Source: Spironucleus salmonicida | Lineage: Eukaryota | NCBI RefSeq assembly: GCF_000497125.1 | Contig: NC_090599.1 | Coordinates: forward strand, 1,426,001-1,490,000 | Direction of reading: 5' to 3' | Length of the DNA stretch: 64,000 bases | Shown here: in pieces, positions 55,701 through 64,000 of the stretch | How positions within the stretch are numbered: position 1 is the first letter of the stretch | Layout of the letters: each line of letters opens with the position of its first letter | Notes under the pieces: model-generated | Told to the model about the DNA's origin: nothing | Databases searched by the model: none | The model's input: the letters and a program-made list of their open reading frames with translations, nothing else | Translations under genes and position numbers: made by a program

Positions 55701-56347
55701 AGATAATATGGAAGCTTTATTTAGAAATTAAAATTAGAAATTAAATACAATGCCTCTTATTTTGTCATGATAATAAATAAAATATCTAGTACCTCAAATG
55801 GATTTGCAGCTATTAATTGTTAATTATTTAACTTAATTTCCAAAGAATTGTTATGTAAAACCTATATATTCTATAGATTTAATTAAATTTAGTCTAGCTC
55901 CTCTACTTATTACTTTAATTATTATTTATCATATTTAACAAAACTTTAGTAAACAAGTTGTGTTCCTTAGTTATCAACAAATGATTTTAATAATAATTAT
56001 GCTATTGTAATTGAGCTGCCATTTTCAATTAAATAGTTAATATCTAAAATGAAGTCTTATCCATCTTAACCAAGCATAACGGATTAGTTATAATTGGTAG
56101 GAAGAGGCTGCTATTCACCGAAAAAATTATGTAGTAAAAATTAGCGATAAAAGTTATTAGAAGTAAGCTGCTCAATTTAAATTTATGTTACTTATATTTA
56201 GTCTAGGTATTTTAATATTTCAGATGTTTTCAACTCAGATAAAAATTCGAAAACGATTTTATTATATATTTTTAATGTAGAGCTCAATCCATCTTCAATA
56301 TAAACCTCAATATTTTACACTTTGGTGGCCTCTAGAAAATAATTCAT
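52718..56347 (-). CDS. Large AT-rich hypothetical protein, 1209 aa
   Basis: ATG 56347 is in frame with AAGTGA at 52718. The segments translated (55620-56347, 53700-54240) are open and protein-like; not every codon was checked. Confidence 0.65.
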
Positions 56348-56454
56348 TGTGAAATTAAATAACAAATAATTATAATACAGTAATATAGTATTCTTCACAA
56401 AATCCATATATTCTTATATATATTCAATCATTAAAAATAGATTTTCAAAATTTA

Positions 56455-59115
56455 ATGAATAAATAAGAGCCAAACCCGGCCTGGTTTATTGCAGCGGAGA
56501 ACAATGATGTTCCCAAGCTTAGAAGATATATGGTCTCATCTTAAAAGAAACTAGATTCGTCTGGACGGACTGCATTAATGTACGCCGCTTCTTCAGCATC
56601 TGAAGATGCAATTAAGTTTCTCGTGGAAGATGAAGGATAGATAAGAGGACCTGGTGGATGGACAGCATTGATGGAAGCGTCTGCATCTGGCTAGCTTCGG
56701 TCAATCGAGTTGCTTTCTCCGCTGCTTGCTGGATCTAGAATGCTGGACGGACACCCATATTTCAAAAAAGGTACTACAGCACTCACTATTTCTGCTGAAA
56801 AAGGAGATTTCGCAGCAGTTTAACTCCTCTAAAACGAACAGGATGCAGCTGGATGGACAGAGTTGCACTGGGCCGCTTTTAACTAGCGATATGCCGAAAT
56901 TTATGCTCAAACTGCATATTTCTCACGTCCAGACTTACTAAAAAGATCGCCAATTTTTTATGCTGTTTTTTCTGTTCCACAGCACGATAAGCTAATTTCT
57001 CTCCCACACCAACTTGCTATATAGACGTCTCCATTGATTTTAGATGATAAAACATATGCAGCACTCATCCATATATTGTGTAAGCAGCCCGATGCACTTC
57101 AGTTTAAACTAGATTCTTATGGAAAATCACCCCTCCATTATGCTGTAGAATCAAATAATTTAGTAGCTGCAAAAGTATTATCAAAATATTTTTCTGGTGT
57201 AAAAACAACTAGACTCTGCAAAGATTATGCTGCTGGAACTACAGCTCTCATGATTGCAGTTTTGAATTTAAATATTGAAATGGTAAAAATATTAGTCAAG
57301 TATGAGCATGGTCTTAAAAATGAACTTGGTCTCCCAGCAATATATTTAGCAAACCAAATCCCATAGTAAAATACTAGAATAATTATTCTATAATTATTGT
57401 ATTAGAAGGAGAAGAAAGTATTAATAAAGGAAAGAGAAAATGGAAAACTTAGAGTTTCTACTATGGAGCAAAGCTTAAATGGCAATTTATTAAATAGTTT
57501 AGAATAAAGTACGCGGGTAGAATAAGACTTTAATGAAATCATAGAAGGATTAACTGAGGACAATAAGGAGGAGGTTTGTGAGTATTTGTGTGAAAAGCTC
57601 GCATTTGTAGTATAAAATAAGGAAATTAATGATATTAAAGACGCTGAAGATCTTGGATTTGCTGAACTTTATATTAAAGAAATGGATGATCAGCATGTAA
57701 TAATTCGTAGTATATTGGACATAATTCTGTCGAAAAACACTCAAATAGGGATAGAAAATACTTAACTTTTGTTATAAGATTTCGATTTGCTGTCAAATGG
57801 ATAAAAATTAACAGAGTAATCTCTATCTGAATATGTTTAAGTTTTATAATCTGAAAATAAGACATTAAAATAAAATTTAGAAAACATTCAAAGTAGTATT
57901 CTATAAAAATCTGAAACTTTGAATGTAGATGGTGTATTAGAAAAAGAATTGAAAGAGACTGTTAAAAATTTATAAGAGGAATTGACAACGTATAAAGAAT
58001 AATTAAAAAAATTAGAAGAAGAAAATCGTAAATATAAATAAAAACTAGAACAAACTAACCACTTATTGTCATAATCGCTCGTGGACTCCTAAGTTTCGTA
58101 ATAACAACAGGAGTATTCTTTATCATCTCCTCATAAAAATCCGTTCAAACATAATTAATCGTAAGTTTAATGTAATGGTTTGGTTGTTAACAATGATTCT
58201 TCTCATAGCGCTGATGTATTTTTATCGTTAAACTCAACATCTATTTAGAATTCTTAAATGGTAGACTTAAATCGTAAATTATCTGATCTTGAGTTACTGA
58301 ATAGATAGTATAAGGAAGATTTACAGATTAATTGTATAATGTATGAAGAAAAATTATAAAAATAAACAATTTCTATTTCTAATTATGAAGATGAATAAAA
58401 ATAATTATAACAAACAATAGACTAATTGTTAGATGAGATAAATCAATTATAAACTGATGATAACTATAATAAAGAGACTATAAGCGACCTTGAGGAATAA
58501 ATTTATGCATGTAATGTAGATATTAACTAATTGTCGGAAACTTCTAGAAAATTTGAAAAAGATAATTCTTAATTTATATTAGATAAACAATATTTAGCAG
58601 AATATATTACTGACTTGACATAAAATTTAATGATTACTTAATAAAAATTAGATGATTAAATATAGTAAATTAAATAAAATTAGTAGGACACCTCAAGCTT
58701 ATCTTCCTAAATAAATGAATAATAATCTTTATTAAAATAATAATCTAATTAAAATCTCTATATATAACAACTTGAGTAGTAAATATCTGAACTTAACAGA
58801 GAACGAGTCAAACTAATAAATAAGATAAAATTACACTAACACTAAATTAAAGAAGCTGATACTACTATTTCATAATTATCAGCCTCAATTGTTACAATAG
58901 TAGATAATATTAATTTAGAATTTAATTAACAGATATCTAGATCTTTAAACTTGCCTGTGTAGCTAGAATCAGCTGTCAACTTTTTAACCGAATAGTTGAG
59001 AACCTTATGTAAGAAGACATAGAATTTTGATTAAGGTATTGATAATTTTATTGACTAACTTTCATAGCAATCAAATTCATTACTCTAAACAGTTAATCAG
59101 GTAAGTAACAAATGA
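56455..59115 (+). CDS. Ankyrin-repeat + coiled-coil protein (diplomonad Protein 21.1 type), 886 aa
   Basis: AWFIAAENND, SGRTALMYAA, GWTALMEAS, GKSPLHYAV, GTTALMIAV, then a long Q/E/L coiled coil. Confidence 0.9.
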
Positions 59116-59146
59116 TATTTTTAATTATTAATCAGTACATATCACT

Positions 59147-61567
59147 TCACATATTTTTCTTACACTCTTTTTTAACTAAATCAAATGCACTATCAAACTC
59201 CTATCTGGTAATTTTATTTTAACCAATAACTAATTTAATAGCTTGCTTGACATTATCTTCTCCAAATTTGATAAATGCGTTTAGTTTTTTCATAATATAT
59301 TCAAATTCTACTGCATCTATGTTACCTGATAAATTTGAATCGGCTGCTATAAATAGTATCTATTTGATGTCAACATCATTATTATATGCAGTCAGAATAG
59401 ATATAAATCGATAAAATTCTATAAAATTAAGAATAGAATTATCATCTGCATCTACTAATCCCATAACATAAATAATATCTTCTTCTTAAAAAGAGTATTT
59501 CTAGAATGCAAGTCTAGCTTCCATGATATCAATTTTTTTATCTTATGATATATCAACATCTAAGAATATTTAATATGCATGTCTTCTTTTTACCTATTCA
59601 TCTTATGAAACCGTCAAATCATTTAAAAACTGTTAAACTTTGCCCTCTAACAACTCATTATCAGATAATATCGGTTGTTGCGCTATAATTATTTCATCAT
59701 AAAATATATCTTTGTTATCTTAAAATTCATATACATTTTATGATTGTATTATTATGTTTGTATCAGCATCTTCTTCGTAATAAATTGTGTGATTATAATC
59801 AAATTCGAATATAAACTATTTTTCTGCTTCAAAATCTATAATTTCTTTTTAAACCACTATAAGTTTCTAAACATAATCATTACCATATACTATTTATTCC
59901 TATACTAACATATCAAAAATATCAATAGGTTGCTCTGGTTATATTGCTATGATCTATTGATATATTGTATAGTCTGTGTACTCGGATTCCCATAATTTTT
60001 CTATTACAATAGGGTAATATACAATAGGCAATAATATTTCATCGTCCCATTTCAGTACGTATTCTAAATAAATCATTTAATAAAATAATTATTCTAAAAT
60101 CTCAAAATCATAAATTTCTATATCATATTTTTACATATTAATCTATTCATACTATGGTTAATAAGCGTCATATTACAAAGTACTATGTATAGAGAAATCA
60201 AAAATATCTTCCAGCTTAGGTATATCCTATTAAATCAATACATAATCATAAACTATATCATCAACTACTTGATCATAAATAATAATATCTTATTCAATAC
60301 GTTCTTAAATTGTTTAATATTTATTTTTTTAAATTAAAATTTCGTATAGAACATTATCTAAGATAATATAATCAAAAATATTAATATAAGATTCAAATTC
60401 TAATAATTATTATATTTGTAAATTTTATTAAACTGTGTTAGCAAAACAATACTAAACATGATCTTCCAACTCAAAATTAAATGGATAAAGCATCTAGGAT
60501 TTAAAATTTTATAAATTGATATTAAATACAAATGGGGCTAAAAGAAATTTTTTGATTTCTAAGACCTACTTAATAACGTCATCATCCTTTATCTCCATAT
60601 CAAATGGATATGGCATAGATTGTTAAAAATTTGATAGATTAATTTTAAATTCAATATTATCAATAACAATTTATGTTTACTTTTTTTATTTCTCCATCAT
60701 AATAGGCTTGATCTTAGGTTTTTTATTTTCAATTATATTATCAGATTTTTAAATTATTTCTATTGGTTTTAGTTTAGGTTATTCAGCTTATGAAATTAAA
60801 GATATTTTCATTAGGTCAATGGCTTTTTAGAATTCTATTTCAGACTATTCATATTCTAAAATATCTGGTTATTCTCCATTTAATAACCATTAACTAGCAA
60901 CTACATCCTCCAATCCTCCTAAAAATGGTAAGCATGCGCTATTAATTTAACTCTATTCGCATAATTTTTATGTTTCTTTAACTTACCAAATGGGGCCGCA
61001 TTAAATAGTATAAGATGATACTTTAATCATTTCTTCCATTTTCTATATAGGATTTTTATAGCACTCAACAACATTATTATTGTATTTTTTTAGAACATTT
61101 AAATAAGGAATATCTCCTTATTGATGAGCTGTTATAAGGAAACTATTTAATAGTGGTTGAATTTTATAAATAGATATCAACTAAAGAATAATCGGTATGC
61201 TTAGACTGTGAGATATGAATAGCACATTTTCCTATGGAAATACTAGTCTCGGTTAAATTTAGAATGTTGTATATTTTATTTCTTGATTCGGAATAAGCAT
61301 TCTTGAATTTTATGTTAATAAAGCAAATTTAATTCTATCCTTACCATACTCTAGCATATGTGAAGCAATTTTTTAATTCTCATAGTCAAATATAATCCCT
61401 CCACCCAATGGGAATGATAGCTCTGAAGGTTTTTCTATCGACACTATGCTAACATCACCTAGAGGTCTTCTTGGATCTACTTTCAATACTTTGTATGCAG
61501 TAATTTAATAGTTAGAGTCTGTTGAAATAATTTGCTAAATTTCTTTCCTAGATGTTGCACAGCCCAT
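59147..61567 (-). CDS. MGC-acylated protein with a degenerate FNR/cytochrome-b5-reductase-like domain and C-terminal EF-hands, 806 aa (826 aa if the upstream ATG 61627 is used)
   Basis: MGCATS start; LSFPLGGGI, NVLFISHSLSIPIILQLI, FLITAHQQGDIPY, TIQCGPIW; EF loops DISQDKKIDIME, DADDNSILNFIEF, DSNLSGNIDAVEF. Confidence 0.75.
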
Positions 61568-62419
61568 TTCAGCAATAAAATTGATAGTGTAGAAATAATA
61601 ATATAATAATAATAATAATAATTGCATCCTAATATATATTATCTAAAACTCATAATCAGATGAAATTTTTATATATAAGAATTAATTCTGTTTAATTAAG
61701 GACCTTATGCTATGTTTTACAATCATAACTTATAAAAATAATTATTTAAATATGATTATTTATATTTTTACTTCAAAAAATATGTTATAAGATTTGAAAA
61801 AATTAATATTAAATACTAAAAATACATTAAAATATTTACCTATTTACTCAGATTATGATTTAATACTTATAAACTGTATTCATTAAATTATTTTATTAAG
61901 TTTTAATGTTAGTAATCCCTTTAAATTGTAAATTCTATACTTGATAGGAACTTATCATTAAACTATACTAATATTTGTAAATAGTTTATCTATTAGTTCG
62001 TAAGATATCGTAATTTTATAAAAATCTTACTAAGACTTGTTATACACATAGAATTATAGTTTTTTAAGAATGCAGTTTACATTACACTAATAAGTTTAAT
62101 AATGATTTATTATATACAGCTAAAATTGATATACTTTGTGATTCTTTAATTATTATAGATTAGAATAATTGTTTTAAACTCTAAATAATGATTGTAATAA
62201 ACACTATTATGAGTAAAATAAATTTACATTCGTAATAAGAGAAATATAGATATAAAATAATTGAAGTTTAACAATATAAGATATATAAATATTCAATAAG
62301 CTTATTTGTCATCTAATATACAATAATATGTATATAATTATCCATAACTTAAAACTTTAATTTCATTTATATACTTTAATTAATTTTATAATATTATATA
62401 TTATAGTGGTGTTTATTAA

Positions 62420-64000
62420 ATGAGGATTTCAAATGTGTTTGGCTATAATTAATTATCAGAAGATAGTTACGCTATTTTAAATGATAAACTATTTATTATC
62501 AATGAATATATAATTGAAATTCATTCTGCTAACCAAAATAAGAAATTATCTGACTATTCATTTGGGAATATGGATTCATCATTTAAAATCATCTAACTTT
62601 AAGCTTTCAATGATAAAATATTTGTATTATTATAAAAAAATAAGAATTCTATTATATTTGAATTTTATTAAAACGTGTTCTAACAAGTTCAAATCATCAA
62701 TGAGAGATGTGTCTAATTTCTCGTGCTCTAACAAGACGGTATAGTTTCCTTTTTGTTTAAAACTATTACCGGATAAATTTTTCAGTAAATGAGCAATCAA
62801 AAAAAAGAAATTATAGTTAAAGGCCTTTCGCGCCTATAAAATATTTAATTCCTATCTTTATTAGTTCTGGACAATAGTTTTATTGATCTCAATGGGTAAT
62901 TTGCTATTGATCAAGAATTTCCTTCTTGTATAAGATAAATTGTTTATATATAAGATCGCCTTTATATTCTCCTTTTTAATAACCATGTATATGGCATTGA
63001 ACGAGGACATGAACCCGTACTTATCATAGATTATGATGTTCTTTAGTTTCCAATAGCAAAGCTTTTAGCTTTTCATGGTGTGTTATTTTTTGTTACAACA
63101 AAATTGCGTCTATACTATCTTACCGAAGGTCCTAAAATAATAAATATAGGCGCAGTGCGTGATACTGAACTAGAAATAGTAGTGTTTGCAGCTTAATTAG
63201 AGAAGTAGATACTTCTATCAGGTAAAAATGGGAAATTTATAGTATTTAATCCAACAAACAAGGAAATGTTCCAGTCGAACTCTAATTCACGATTACTACC
63301 ATTAGAGATTGAACATTATGACCCAAATTCTATGGTACTGAACTATCAGCCAGCAGCAAGATATTAAGGATTTGTGCCATAAGGGTATTGGTAGTTACTG
63401 CTTGATAATGGGCGCAAGGAATTTCTTTTTCAAAATTTCGAAAAATAAAATCGTTGTTCTATTATCGATCTTTCTGGTGCACCAAGGCTTGAAGATAGTC
63501 AGCATGCAGTGGTAGATGTGGTTGATAAAATGCTTATGCTGTTTTACTCACCTGATGGGCATTCATTACATTATGCTAAATGTAAGGGTAAGGATAAAAT
63601 ATTCAAATAATTCACTTGTAGTATACAGATTTAAAGGCTTTATATGTCTAAGTGTGAGGATAAGGTGTTTGTTGCTGATATTAATAACAACTTAAAATTG
63701 CTCGATTTTACATAAATACCGGAATCAAAACTAATATAGTCTTTTCGGAACGAGATCGTATTTGTTGAAGCACAACCTTCATATATTTTGATAGGATCAG
63801 GTATGAATATGTATATTTGCTGCAATCTTCGCACAGTAGACATATTCAAACTATAGGAAATTCCATCAGCCTGCTTTATAGCTAATCCAACGGATCATCT
63901 TGGACACCAAATCATTGCTCTAGCTTACCAAAATGGTATTATAGAATTGCGACATCTTATGAGCTTTACACTTCTTTAATAGGTATCTATTTTGAATCGA
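62420..64000 (+). CDS. WD40/beta-propeller protein, 3' partial
   Basis: MRISNVFGYN start, beta-strand-rich, LFYSPDGHSL, IIALAYQNGIIELRHL; appears open to the window end. Confidence 0.7.

Overview
AT-rich, gene-dense eukaryotic DNA that uses genetic code 6 (TAA/TAG = Gln, TGA the only stop). The supplied standard-code ORF track therefore shows only fragments or antisense shadows. Re-translating by hand gives about 40 apparently intronless CDSs with very short intergenic spacers, stops often inside an AGTGA/GTGA motif, and a C-rich CC(A/T)TTCCA-like element before several housekeeping genes. This pattern points to a hexamitid diplomonad (Spironucleus/Hexamita group; S. salmonicida is my best guess, an inference). 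Recognisable genes: phytol/farnesol kinase-DUF92 fusion, two-domain adenylyl cyclase, eIF2A, three Myb proteins, GOLPH3/Vps74-like, two LRR proteins, Sec22, EF-hand+WD40 (WDR49/WDR64-like), ODA-DC3-like, IQCH-like, RING-H2, Fcf1/Utp24, dynamin-related protein, Vps33, TPGS2, ALG7, Nup93, a truncated actin-like protein, a PHD-finger protein, a Protein 21.1-type ankyrin protein, an FNR-like+EF-hand protein and a partial WD40 protein. Best leads: (1) a VTE5-VTE6-type isoprenol salvage fusion; (2) an adenylyl cyclase with inverted C2-C1 order; (3) an acylated pseudo-FNR/EF-hand protein; (4) divergent GOLPH3, TMEM231 and RNASEK candidates; (5) recurring C-to-G skew switches. All family calls come from remembered motifs, not database searches. 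The longest ORFs were checked for frame at their ends and at sampled internal points, not at every codon. I saw no tRNA, rRNA, CRISPR array or clear mobile element.
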